Source: a virus | Lineage: Duplodnaviria > Caudoviricetes | IMG/VR virus record: IMGVR_UViG_3300042258_000341 | Span: 132,979 to 196,978 of that record | Strand: one strand, 5' to 3' | DNA: 64,000 nucleotides | In this document: positions 40,182 to 49,366 of the stretch, in pieces | How the letters are laid out: each line of letters opens with the position of its first letter | Numbering within the stretch: position 1 is the first letter of the stretch | The notes under the pieces: generated by a model | Told to the model about the DNA's origin: nothing | The model's database searches: none | The model's input: the letters and a program-made list of their open reading frames with translations, nothing else | Program-made: the position numbers and the translations under genes

Positions 40182-41959
40182 CTTATTTTCAATTTCCTTA
40201 AAGAAGAAGTGTAAAGGGCTTTTTCTCTTTTGTATTTCATTTCTTCATACTCATTAACATATTTTATTCCAGTTGAGGGATTGATGCCTCCGATATTTCC
40301 ATGTGCCAACTCGATTTGTAAATCTTCCGGAAGAAAAGTTACGCCCGTATCTGTTAAATCTAAATACGAAGAAATTACCATTCCTTTAGGTAAAGTTTTT
40401 AAATTTTTACATCCCCTCAGAATCAATTTTGAACACATAATATTGTCCGGTAAAGAAACGAGATTATTATTATTTTCGAAAGAGACCTCTCCTGAAGTTC
40501 GGATAACTGTGGATTTGGGCACTTCTGAAAAAATAGTATCTTTTGCGTCAAATCGGGAATAAACCCGCAGATTTTCAGGCAATTTTATCAACTTATTACA
40601 TCCCTGAATTATTAATTCACCAAAAGACAAATTATCCGCCATGTGCTTTAATTCGGAAAAAGAAGCATGTAATCCTTGAAAGGAAGCAGTTACTTCTTCG
40701 ACACTTGATTGACTCATATAAACATTGGTGCCAACTTTTAAATCTGAAGGCAATTTCTTCAATTTAAAAGAATGATCTAAATTAAGAAACCCCTCAATCG
40801 TTAATCCTTTTGGAAGTTCTTCTATTTCAGACCATGTTAAATTGAGATACCCTTTTATGGTAAGGTCTTCCGGGAGTGTAATTTTTCGACTCCCGTATAA
40901 ATCAAGGGATTCTCCCACAATTAAAGTTTCCGGTATTTTTTTAAACATACCTTTTAAAGAAACGTCATGAGCCGCTTCTAAGTGTCTGGGGTATTTTTGT
41001 AAGGACTGCCCATCTATTTCAATTTCTATGCTTTTTTTAGACACGATACTTTCGGGCAAAGAAGTTATATAGGGGTTTATAATTCTACAAGTCCCCCCGG
41101 TTTCTAAAAATTTAATTTGAGACAAATCCCCTCGAAAATTGTCTTTTATTGTTAACATTCCTGAAACTTGTAAAAGTTCCGGGAGTTGTTTCATCGGAAA
41201 ATTTAATTTTAAATGCCCCTCCCATATCTCCCGTTTTAACAAGTAAGCTTCTATTTTTTCCGGACATTTTTTAATTAACAAAGGGGTTTCCCCAAAAACT
41301 TTTGCCATAACTTCATAAAGGGTCACATCTATTTGATCAATTGCGTGATCTTTCAAATTCATAAATTGAGACATGTCCCCAGTAATCTGTGCCCATTTTT
41401 CAAGAGAAGTCCCTGTTTTCTTGAAAATAACATAAAGATTATTATTTGTTTCAATATAATGTTCAGCATATCGGGTTCCCGCAGTACACCATTTAGTCCC
41501 AGAAGCTAATTTCGTTGCGGATACAGGATCAATTACTTTTAAAATAAGCCATTCTCTGTTTTGTCCGGCTACAGAAACACCCGGGAGTTGTAAATACTCA
41601 TTCAACTTACTTGAGGTTTCCCCGGAAACTTCAGTTCCTTTTATCTTATCTATCTCAGCTTCAAGATCATGGATTCGTTTATATTGTTGGATATCACGTT
41701 TCTGCAGTTGTTTCTTGTTCGATAAGGTAATAAAATCTTGTAAAACTTGTTTTACACGGTTTCCATCTTCAGGAAGAATTATATTTTGGAAACCCATCTG
41801 CTTAATCACCCAAGCTTCGAATTTCTTTTCTTTTGTAGGATCAACAGCATTTGCCAAAGAAACAACTTGTTCAGGAGTTAATCCTAGCTTCTTGGAAACA
41901 GAATCTATTTGTTGCTGGGTTGCCCCTGCTATTTTGTGTAAAAAGCTTAAATATTTCAT
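40178..41959 (-). CDS. Tagged cargo: WCT-domain (PcfJ-like) protein with degenerate LRRs
   Basis: Start MKYLSFLHKIA (ATGA overlap); GTKWCT; LxLxxxxIxxLPxxL repeats. Confidence 0.75.
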   Translation of the reverse strand: MKYLSFLHKIAGATQQQIDSVSKKLGLTPEQVVSLANAVDPTKEKKFEAWVIKQMGFQNIILPEDGNRVKQVLQDFITLSNKKQLQKRDIQQYKRIHDLEAEIDKIKGTEVSGETSSKLNEYLQLPGVSVAGQNREWLILKVIDPVSATKLASGTKWCTAGTRYAEHYIETNNNLYVIFKKTGTSLEKWAQITGDMSQFMNLKDHAIDQIDVTLYEVMAKVFGETPLLIKKCPEKIEAYLLKREIWEGHLKLNFPMKQLPELLQVSGMLTIKDNFRGDLSQIKFLETGGTCRIINPYITSLPESIVSKKSIEIEIDGQSLQKYPRHLEAAHDVSLKGMFKKIPETLIVGESLDLYGSRKITLPEDLTIKGYLNLTWSEIEELPKGLTIEGFLNLDHSFKLKKLPSDLKVGTNVYMSQSSVEEVTASFQGLHASFSELKHMADNLSFGELIIQGCNKLIKLPENLRVYSRFDAKDTIFSEVPKSTVIRTSGEVSFENNNNLVSLPDNIMCSKLILRGCKNLKTLPKGMVISSYLDLTDTGVTFLPEDLQIELAHGNIGGINPSTGIKYVNEYEEMKYKREKALYTSSLRKLKIR

Positions 41960-42348
41960 TTCTGTTTTTCCCACGCTTTCCAATCCACATCGCTCAATAT
42001 TTCTTCAAGACTGCCAAGTTGTCCCGGATTTTCATCTCTTGTAAGAGTATTCACTACAGAATGTGCTGAAGGAGTCGCTTCATTTCCCTCTATATCAAAA
42101 TAAGTTAATCTCCAATTATTATTGTTTTGAATATCTTTACTTACAATATAAAATTTATCAGGATTTGTTCTTGGCACCCGACCCCCAGCAGGAAGTAATT
42201 TATTATGAATTAACTCTCTTCTACATTTAGTGACATAACGAATTTCTGCAAGATACTCTTCTCTACCCATTGTCTTTCTATCTTCCCTTGTGGGAAAATC
42301 ATATCTGCATTCCTTTTCCAAATAGAGTTGAGAGTATCTTCGGATCAT
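41956..42348 (-). CDS. Tagged cargo: hypothetical protein
   Basis: MIRRYSQL tag; WRLTYFD...P..H. Confidence 0.65.
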   Translation of the reverse strand: MIRRYSQLYLEKECRYDFPTREDRKTMGREEYLAEIRYVTKCRRELIHNKLLPAGGRVPRTNPDKFYIVSKDIQNNNNWRLTYFDIEGNEATPSAHSVVNTLTRDENPGQLGSLEEILSDVDWKAWEKQK

Positions 42349-42824
42349 TTCAATTTTTCCTGTTTGGGTCTTTCAAGAGTAATAAAATTATCACCTAATT
42401 CCGATAAGAATTGAGAGTTGAGCTTTTGAATATCTTCCCGGGAAGCTTGGTATTTAAGGCTGATATGTGGAGAAAAAGTAAAATGCGAATGTTTAAATCC
42501 CTTTCTCAACAAAGAATTATGGAAATCTTTTAATTTATCTGTGGGATCTTTCAGAAGTAAGGTTATTGCTTCCCATTCCCCGGAGCCTAAAGGGAGTAAA
42601 GAACCCGGCAAGACTTTAAAAGACCAATTAGAGTCCATATCTGCAGGAAGATTCGGATCACTTTCATCGTAAATCACCGTGACATGTAATTTTTCAGCCT
42701 TAATCCCATCTTTTACGCCACAGGCTTTTACTGCAGAAACTATTTTTTCTGCATCTTCTTTTTTTACTTTTAAAGAGATGTAACCCCCGAAGGAATTATT
42801 AAGTTGTGAATATTTTTTTATCAT
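42345..42824 (-). CDS. acb1: Tagged cargo: 2H phosphodiesterase, T4 Acb1 (gp57B)-like anti-CBASS nuclease homologue
   Basis: MIKKYSQL tag; two Hx(T/S) motifs, KLHVTVIY and GFKHSHFTFSPHISLKY, with the spacing and context of T4 Acb1 as I recall it. Confidence 0.75.
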   Translation of the reverse strand: MIKKYSQLNNSFGGYISLKVKKEDAEKIVSAVKACGVKDGIKAEKLHVTVIYDESDPNLPADMDSNWSFKVLPGSLLPLGSGEWEAITLLLKDPTDKLKDFHNSLLRKGFKHSHFTFSPHISLKYQASREDIQKLNSQFLSELGDNFITLERPKQEKLK

Positions 42825-43311
42825 TTCTTTTCTCATTTTTCAACAATTCTCGATAGTTAATTGTTGAAAAATAACCCACCATTGCTTTTTCCCCGAAAAT
42901 TAAAATGCACATAGGAAGCCAAAGACCTCTTGGCTCATCATTAAAATTTACTTCCCCGAGTATAAATCTAATTTCTGCTTTTTCAATAACTTCTCCCCAC
43001 CATTTAGTATTAGATCTTACGGGAATCAAACAAACCTTAGTCCCCCCAAATTTATCTGCATCTTCTTGCGCTTTTCTCACCCATTTATTTAAATTCCGGG
43101 TAAAAGGCGGGTTCATCCAACAATTTCCAACCCAGTCTTGTTTTAAAGCGTCTTCTTTTTCCGTAAAATAAGAAGAACATTTAAAGTTGTCCTCATTAGC
43201 ACAAACATCTAAAGAGAAATTAAATTCTTTTTGTAAGAGATTAAAAAGCACAAGGGGGGTGCTATATTCCACTTTATTGCTTATAAAATTATTTTCTTTA
43301 CCAATGCCCAT
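42799..43311 (-). CDS. Phage DNA N6-adenine methyltransferase (phage Dam family)
   Basis: TP..LF..L..EF.F.LDVCA, DAL..DW, WMNPPF, LIPVRSNT.WW, IRFI.G. Probable start MGIGKE. Confidence 0.9.
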   Translation of the reverse strand: MGIGKENNFISNKVEYSTPLVLFNLLQKEFNFSLDVCANEDNFKCSSYFTEKEDALKQDWVGNCWMNPPFTRNLNKWVRKAQEDADKFGGTKVCLIPVRSNTKWWGEVIEKAEIRFILGEVNFNDEPRGLWLPMCILIFGEKAMVGYFSTINYRELLKNEKRNDKKIFTT

Positions 43312-43341
43312 GTCACACCTCTTTCTTAAAATAGTTTTCAA

Positions 43342-43938
43342 TTATTTTTTCACAGGAGGTTGTGGGTCATACCCCCACTCATGCAAAGAATTACCTTCTG
43401 TAAATAAATCCCGGGCAAATACTGTTTTCGAAAGAATTCTGTATTTGCCGTTTAAGTTACTTTTCCCATGATCCACCGCATATTGTTTACAAATAGTCAC
43501 CCAATCCCCCGGATTAATTGTTATTTTTTCATCTTTAGATTCCGGAAGAGCTTTCAGCCTATTTATTTCATCATACAAGAAATCGTAATATTCTGAAGAA
43601 TTTCTCCAGTTATCGACCCCCGGAGGTAATTTTCCGTTCTTTAAAATATACTGTTTGTGTTTCAGAAATTCGTTTATCTTTTCTTCGTTTGTAAGAACTT
43701 TCGGCACGGCTCTGTAAACAGGGATTTTTGCATTCGGTTTATTTCTGTAATATTGGATAATCCCGGCACTTAAATGGTCAAAAGGACTCCCATCCCCATA
43801 ATATCTTGCGGCATTTATACTGTAAATATCTTCAGGATAAATACCAACAGGGTTGTATAAAGGCGCACCATTTGTATGGTCAGGGGCTTCATGCCCTCCC
43901 CGGTAATCTTCTTCAAGTTGTGAATATTTTTTTATCAT
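43342..43938 (-). CDS. Tagged cargo: putative ADP-ribosyltransferase-fold protein
   Basis: MIKKYSQL tag; DYRGGHEAP, VYRAVP, INPGDWVT..Y, EWGY (R / T / E arrangement). Confidence 0.5.
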   Translation of the reverse strand: MIKKYSQLEEDYRGGHEAPDHTNGAPLYNPVGIYPEDIYSINAARYYGDGSPFDHLSAGIIQYYRNKPNAKIPVYRAVPKVLTNEEKINEFLKHKQYILKNGKLPPGVDNWRNSSEYYDFLYDEINRLKALPESKDEKITINPGDWVTICKQYAVDHGKSNLNGKYRILSKTVFARDLFTEGNSLHEWGYDPQPPVKK

Positions 43939-43944
43939 GTTTTA

Positions 43945-44247
43945 CTACCCGGTAAAATATTTTTTGTTCATTACATATTGTTTTTCGAACACTTCTTTAC
44001 CAAATATGGCACAAGCTCCTACGTGATCTGCAATTAAATCTGCGATTTCACAGTGTCCATTTGGATCAAAGAAATCGTAAATTTCTTTTCCCAGTCCGAT
44101 CAACATTGTTAACAAGTAACACAAAGATTTTATCGGAAGATATTTACACATAAAAACAATCCCGGCAGATGTTTTTATGTGTAAAACTTTGTCAGCCTGA
44201 ATTCCTGTAAAATCAAAGTTATTTACAAAATCAGGAATAATCATCAA
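43945..44247 (-). CDS. Small membrane protein (VanZ/YfiM-like)
   Basis: DKVLH...hydrophobic...GKEIYD...DLIAD; no tag. Confidence 0.6.
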   Translation of the reverse strand: MMIIPDFVNNFDFTGIQADKVLHIKTSAGIVFMCKYLPIKSLCYLLTMLIGLGKEIYDFFDPNGHCEIADLIADHVGACAIFGKEVFEKQYVMNKKYFTG

Positions 44248-45001
44248 ATTTCCCTTCAGGGAGTTCCCCTTTTATTTGATGCGTTTTTATTCCGTATTGT
44301 TTATACAATGCATTTTCCATTGTATAGTGCATTGCATCTCCCGACATCCAAAGATATTCATTTCCTTTTTCATCGTAAGTGTGTCGAGATTTAGGCTCCC
44401 CTTTTGGGGCAAATGGAAACTCTTCTCTAAATCTCTTTGCTATTTCAGTATATGCTTCCGGAGAAGGATTTTTATATACGGGGATTTTTCTTTCTACATA
44501 TTTCCCGGGGAGAGAAACTATTAAAAGATTATCTTTTTTAGCCGTGTGTTTATTATGCGCCAATTTCCAGATATATTCATTGAAATCATCCCAAGATAAA
44601 TCCGTTAAAACCGAAAGAGGGTTGTCTTTTATATTAACTTCCGCAAATAAAGGCTTCCCTAAAAGTTTTGCGGCATAATATCTATGGTGCCCATCTTCAA
44701 TATTAAAAACCCCGTTCTCAAAAGAGACTTGGATTGGGGTTTTTAAAGAAACCGTTTTTGCCCATTTTTCAGGAGACAACCCACTTTGCGCTATTTGATA
44801 AAAAACATTATCCATATCCCCCGGGTATTTAATATTTAATTTTTCAGGATTTAATTTTAAAATATCCCCGTCTGAAAAGCCAAAAGCCGCTTTATCCAAT
44901 CCTTCAGTAGAGACCATGAAATTAACAGGATTGTCTATCTTTTCCGCTTCTTTTATTAAAGGTAAAAGTCTTTTCTTAAGTTGAGAATACTTCTTAATCA
45001 T
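44231..45001 (-). CDS. Tagged cargo: ParB/Srx-like domain protein plus second small domain
   Basis: MIKKYSQL tag; PIQV...IEDGHHRYYAA. Confidence 0.7.
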   Translation of the reverse strand: MIKKYSQLKKRLLPLIKEAEKIDNPVNFMVSTEGLDKAAFGFSDGDILKLNPEKLNIKYPGDMDNVFYQIAQSGLSPEKWAKTVSLKTPIQVSFENGVFNIEDGHHRYYAAKLLGKPLFAEVNIKDNPLSVLTDLSWDDFNEYIWKLAHNKHTAKKDNLLIVSLPGKYVERKIPVYKNPSPEAYTEIAKRFREEFPFAPKGEPKSRHTYDEKGNEYLWMSGDAMHYTMENALYKQYGIKTHQIKGELPEGKFDDYS

Positions 45002-45771
45002 CCCATTTCTTCTTTCAAATTCACATACAGATTATACAATCTTTTATTGAATTTACGAGAGTTTTCCGGGGAAAGGTTTTTTATCCAATCTTCTTTAAAG
45101 AAATAAACGATATCTTCTTTGAAAGAGATAAAGTTTTGCATGATGCTGAAGAATCTTTCAGGGTTGAATTCTTTAATTTTATTCAAAACATTCTTTATTG
45201 AAATTGCCGCTTCTTGATAATAAGAATTCATTTCTGCCGGATCGTTAAAATAGTTGTAAGCTTCATCTGAAATATCTAAATCCGGTAAAGGCAAATTTCT
45301 TTTTACTTCCGGGGATTCTAATTTATCTTTTCTTCTACAAGCATCAAGATAATGAATGTATTCATGAACAAAAGTTTGCTTATTCAATCTCGTATCGGCA
45401 TGTTTAAAGTCATAAGGCTTTATCAAGAAATTAAGGATTATTACGGCATATTTTTTATTTGGAGTCCAGCCGAACCCCCCAGTCATAATTGTATTTTGAT
45501 TTTTTTCTCGACTATGCGCAAAAATAAAAATCAAAGGATGTTTCCCCTGTATGTTACCCTCGGCTGAAAACTTTTCTTCTATTTTAGAAGCCTTAACTGC
45601 ATACCCTTCCCTATTATCTACCGGCACAACAAAAGAGGGTAAATGGGGAGTTTCTGACATCTGCTTTAAAAAGTCCCTTACAAGTTCATAAGCAATATTG
45701 GCTTTATTTCTAAAATATAAATCTTGTTCTTCATTCGCAGCAGATTTAAGTTGGGAATATTTTCGGATCAT
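44998..45771 (-). CDS. Tagged cargo: HExxH metallopeptidase
   Basis: MIRKYSQLKSA tag; FVHEYIHYLD...YFNDPAEMNSY. Confidence 0.7.
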   Translation of the reverse strand: MIRKYSQLKSAANEEQDLYFRNKANIAYELVRDFLKQMSETPHLPSFVVPVDNREGYAVKASKIEEKFSAEGNIQGKHPLIFIFAHSREKNQNTIMTGGFGWTPNKKYAVIILNFLIKPYDFKHADTRLNKQTFVHEYIHYLDACRRKDKLESPEVKRNLPLPDLDISDEAYNYFNDPAEMNSYYQEAAISIKNVLNKIKEFNPERFFSIMQNFISFKEDIVYFFKEDWIKNLSPENSRKFNKRLYNLYVNLKEEMG

Positions 45772-46949
45772 CGAAAACCTCTTTGTAGGAAAGTTTCTTT
45801 ATCCCCGAAGAAAGTAGCATCCCCGATAATTACAGAAATGTCGGAGACTTTTTGATGTTTGATAAAATTTTTTATGTTTTTTTCTGCTTTCGGGGATTCG
45901 GAATAAAATTCATGAGTTCCTTTTTTCAAGAAATCCGCTGTTACTTGAGTCCATCCGTTTTCCAACAGATATTCTTTTACCCGGTTTCCTACGGAATCTC
46001 CTTCAAAGAAATCTTCATTTACATCTATTTCCACATCTTGCAGGATTTCTTCCGGGACAGATATTTCCCCGGAATTAAACATTTCCGCCAAAGCTTCTTC
46101 ATGATCTTTCCCGGGAGGCAAAGGCAACCATTTCCCGTTATTATCCAAGAACCCATTGTATTTCTTCTCCGGTAACAGAGCAGATAAATATCCGGAAGGA
46201 GTTTGTGGAGCTGTGAATTGGACTTTATTATCAAGAGTTTCCAAGAGTTGATTGTATTTTTCCTCTGTAATTGAATACGAAGAAAGATTTCGAATATCTC
46301 TTGCAACAGGAATCCCAATTGTTAAAGGACTTGTTGATATTCCCGCATATATAGGATTGTTATATGTCCAACGATATCTCCGAAGCATATCAAAAAACAT
46401 ATGTTCTTTTTCCGGGGTTAAATCCGAAAGATATTTCTTGTTAAGTTTTGCAACAGAATATTGATCTTCCCCTCTTTTTGTAATGAAAATAAGGCTTGCC
46501 GGGATTTTTTGACCACTTACCGGAACGTCTTCGATATCTTCAGAAAGAGGGACATCCACTCCCAGATATTTCAATCTGCGTATTTCATTTTGGAAATAAC
46601 CTTCGTGTCCTGCATATTCTCTCATAAGCCATTTCGGAGCATTAGAAGGAACTTGATTCATAAGATGCACATGAATCATTTCATGAAGCATAATCTTTTC
46701 GAGCAATTCCGGAGTGAATTGATATTTGTTACTGATTTTAATACCTTTTAATTGAACCTCTTTTACCGCCCCGTTAGGAGAAACTATCATCGTTGCATGG
46801 GCTTGCCCGTATGCCTTAGAAATTCCCGCCCATGTTATAGGGACTTCGGGAACTTTATTGTCGAAATATTTTCTGTTCAATTCCCGGAAAAGAGCCGTTA
46901 AATTTGTTTTTCGGATATCATTTGTAAGTTGAGAGTATTTCTGGATCAT
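45768..46949 (-). CDS. Tagged cargo: SprT-like metallopeptidase plus second domain
   Basis: MIQKYSQL tag; F..LN.KYF.N, LHEMIH, GH...F. Confidence 0.8.
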   Translation of the reverse strand: MIQKYSQLTNDIRKTNLTALFRELNRKYFDNKVPEVPITWAGISKAYGQAHATMIVSPNGAVKEVQLKGIKISNKYQFTPELLEKIMLHEMIHVHLMNQVPSNAPKWLMREYAGHEGYFQNEIRRLKYLGVDVPLSEDIEDVPVSGQKIPASLIFITKRGEDQYSVAKLNKKYLSDLTPEKEHMFFDMLRRYRWTYNNPIYAGISTSPLTIGIPVARDIRNLSSYSITEEKYNQLLETLDNKVQFTAPQTPSGYLSALLPEKKYNGFLDNNGKWLPLPPGKDHEEALAEMFNSGEISVPEEILQDVEIDVNEDFFEGDSVGNRVKEYLLENGWTQVTADFLKKGTHEFYSESPKAEKNIKNFIKHQKVSDISVIIGDATFFGDKETFLQRGFR

Positions 46950-48670
46950 TTATCTTTCTCCGGGTTGCTGAATTCAGATTCACTTTCATCAGGGTCATCA
47001 ACCACTTTTAGTTTTCTCAAATCATATCTCGGGCAATGTTCAGGATGCGTATGTGTAAATTCATCTCCATCTACAGATACTTTATGGGGGAAATAATCTG
47101 TTTGTTGTTTTACATATTCCCGGTTTCTTCCGGGGTAAGCATTTCCCGGGTCAGGACGGATATCGTAAATGTTTTGGAAATCTCCGCTGAAATCTGCTTT
47201 TTTTGCATATTGTTTTCTACGCAAACCTTCGGAATAAAATTCTTCAGGAGTTCCTTGAAATAAATACCCCCCTTGTCTTGTTTCTACAAGGATTTTACTT
47301 ACAGAAGGATTGAGTAGTCGGGGAAGTTTAGAATGTAATTTTTTCACAGAATTAAAATCTTCACATTCGAAATTTACAACATTACCTTTCAATCCTTGCC
47401 AACGATTATCTTGCCCCCCAAAATATCGTATCCAGCCGTCAATAAATGCCATTGCGGAATCATCTTCCATTTCAAATTCAGCGTCTTCATATCCCCCGTA
47501 TTTTTCATTTATAACTGAATCTCGGGCTTTTCCAGAGGGTTGATAAACATATTCCATTATTAATTCCCCCAAAACCCGATCATGTTCTGAACCGTTTGTT
47601 AAATAAATGTCACCCTCTGGAGAAAGCCACCCGGAGTTTTCTGAAGAAATTTCAGATCCTTCTGTGATTTGATAGTCCATGCCTTCAAAATCTGCTTTTT
47701 TAACCAATACACTTAAATAGTTCATATTCTTTTTCCCGGAGTACATTTTATATCTGCGAAGGCTTTTCAAGAAATCCCCATCTACTTCTTCCATCGGGAC
47801 ATTGAAATAGTAGGTTTTGGTTTTGTTATCTTGGATGCCAATTTTCATACTGTAAGCATCTTCATCGTAAATCTGCACAAAAGCTTTTCTTATTTTATCC
47901 AACTTGGAAGCATCCAAAGAGCCTACTTCGACTTGATCCTGTGCAATTCGAATGCCGTTCAATTTATTCAAAGCATAGTCCCGAAAATGTTGATTAGAGT
48001 TATACATAAATTCCAATTCTTCAGGATCTATATTTGGATCATTCTCTAAATATTTCTGTATTATTTGCGCATGTCCTTCTTCAGAAGCATCATACAATTT
48101 ATTATGAATATACCAATAATCCCCAACATCTGCTTTTCTTTTTCGAGAAGCGTATTGTTTTCTTCTTAAACCATCTTCCAGAAATTCTTCCTTTGAGCCG
48201 GTGAAATTATAATTAATTTTTTCAACTTCCACCCATATTTTAGGACTGCGAATTCTCACTTTTTCTTGTTTAATAAATTTATGGAGTTTTTTCAAAACTT
48301 CGAAATTATAACATTCAAAGTTTACAACAGCCCCTTCAATTCCTGCCCATCTTCCATCTTCCCCGCCGAAAAAACGTATCCAACCATCAGCCATGCCCAT
48401 TGCAACAAAATAATCGGGAAATATCCCGCCGTTTTCATCCCGGTAATCTTTTTCTTCTCTACCCACAGTAACTTCTTTAAAAGCTCGTTCGGAAGGAGTG
48501 TATTCCCCGGCATCATGGATTTCCATAAGAACATCTGAATGTTCTTGGTCAGGATTATCAAGAAAATAAATAATTCCTGTAGGACTTATCCAACCGGAAC
48601 TTTCAGAATCTAACATATAATTGCCTTTAACGTATTCTGCTTTTTTTACAAGAAACCCTAAATAATTCAT
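46946..48670 (-). CDS. Tagged cargo: multi-module polyprotein-like hypothetical
   Basis: MNYLGFLVKKA at the start and MNYLSVLVKKA internally; duplicated GW.SP.G...EH..VL...DGWIR.FGG module. Confidence 0.7.
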   Translation of the reverse strand: MNYLGFLVKKAEYVKGNYMLDSESSGWISPTGIIYFLDNPDQEHSDVLMEIHDAGEYTPSERAFKEVTVGREEKDYRDENGGIFPDYFVAMGMADGWIRFFGGEDGRWAGIEGAVVNFECYNFEVLKKLHKFIKQEKVRIRSPKIWVEVEKINYNFTGSKEEFLEDGLRRKQYASRKRKADVGDYWYIHNKLYDASEEGHAQIIQKYLENDPNIDPEELEFMYNSNQHFRDYALNKLNGIRIAQDQVEVGSLDASKLDKIRKAFVQIYDEDAYSMKIGIQDNKTKTYYFNVPMEEVDGDFLKSLRRYKMYSGKKNMNYLSVLVKKADFEGMDYQITEGSEISSENSGWLSPEGDIYLTNGSEHDRVLGELIMEYVYQPSGKARDSVINEKYGGYEDAEFEMEDDSAMAFIDGWIRYFGGQDNRWQGLKGNVVNFECEDFNSVKKLHSKLPRLLNPSVSKILVETRQGGYLFQGTPEEFYSEGLRRKQYAKKADFSGDFQNIYDIRPDPGNAYPGRNREYVKQQTDYFPHKVSVDGDEFTHTHPEHCPRYDLRKLKVVDDPDESESEFSNPEKDK

Positions 48671-48697
48671 ATCTGTTACCTATTCCGGGGAAAATAA

Positions 48698-48725
48698 AAA
48701 ACTCTTCTACAAAGAGAAGAGTTTT
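48698..48725 (-). terminator. Rho-independent terminator
   Basis: AAAACTCTTCT / AGAAGAGTTTT stem, with a T tract on the minus strand after 48747..49361. Confidence 0.65.
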
Positions 48726-48746
48726 ATCACTTAATAAACAGGAGGC

Positions 48747-49361
48747 TCATGCTCGATATTCTTTTACACTTCCGTCCGGATTTAATTCAAATTCCGTTGC
48801 AAATTTGTCCCATTCTTCAACAGAATTAAGATGTTTCTGCATTTCTTGTAAAAAAACAATAGCCGTTTTCCAATCTCTTTTCCCAATCGAAACACAAGTC
48901 TGTCGAGCCAACCATTGTGCTCGGTTGTAGACTTTCAGTTTACTATGTTCTTTTGCATAATCTTCAAGAAGACTAAAAACTTTAATTCTTTCCGCTTCTG
49001 GGTCTTTTCCGCCATATTTAGCATTGTTCTTTATATTCTCCAACATTTCACGTTGAAAGCCGTAATCGTTTTGTAAATAATACAAAACATCTCTCACTTT
49101 CTTCGAAACATATTCGAAGCCTGTTCGGTAGGGAGAATCAGAATTCCACTTTAACATGTGTGTCATACGATGAATAATATCCCCAGCATGTTCAACAACA
49201 GGGTTTAAAACTCCGCCCCCGTAAACACGTTGTATTTTCAACATTGCCCCTTCCGGAAGAACTCTTTGTTCTTCTCCTGTAGAAACAAAAGCGTCTCTTA
49301 CTTGTTGTGGAATATCGGGAGCATCATTTGCTTTTTTAAGAGTTGAATATTTTTTTATCAT
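48747..49361 (-). CDS. Tagged cargo: hypothetical protein
   Basis: MIKKYSTLKKA tag; VEHAGDIIHRM. Confidence 0.7.
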   Translation of the reverse strand: MIKKYSTLKKANDAPDIPQQVRDAFVSTGEEQRVLPEGAMLKIQRVYGGGVLNPVVEHAGDIIHRMTHMLKWNSDSPYRTGFEYVSKKVRDVLYYLQNDYGFQREMLENIKNNAKYGGKDPEAERIKVFSLLEDYAKEHSKLKVYNRAQWLARQTCVSIGKRDWKTAIVFLQEMQKHLNSVEEWDKFATEFELNPDGSVKEYRA

Positions 49362-49366
49362 TTTTG

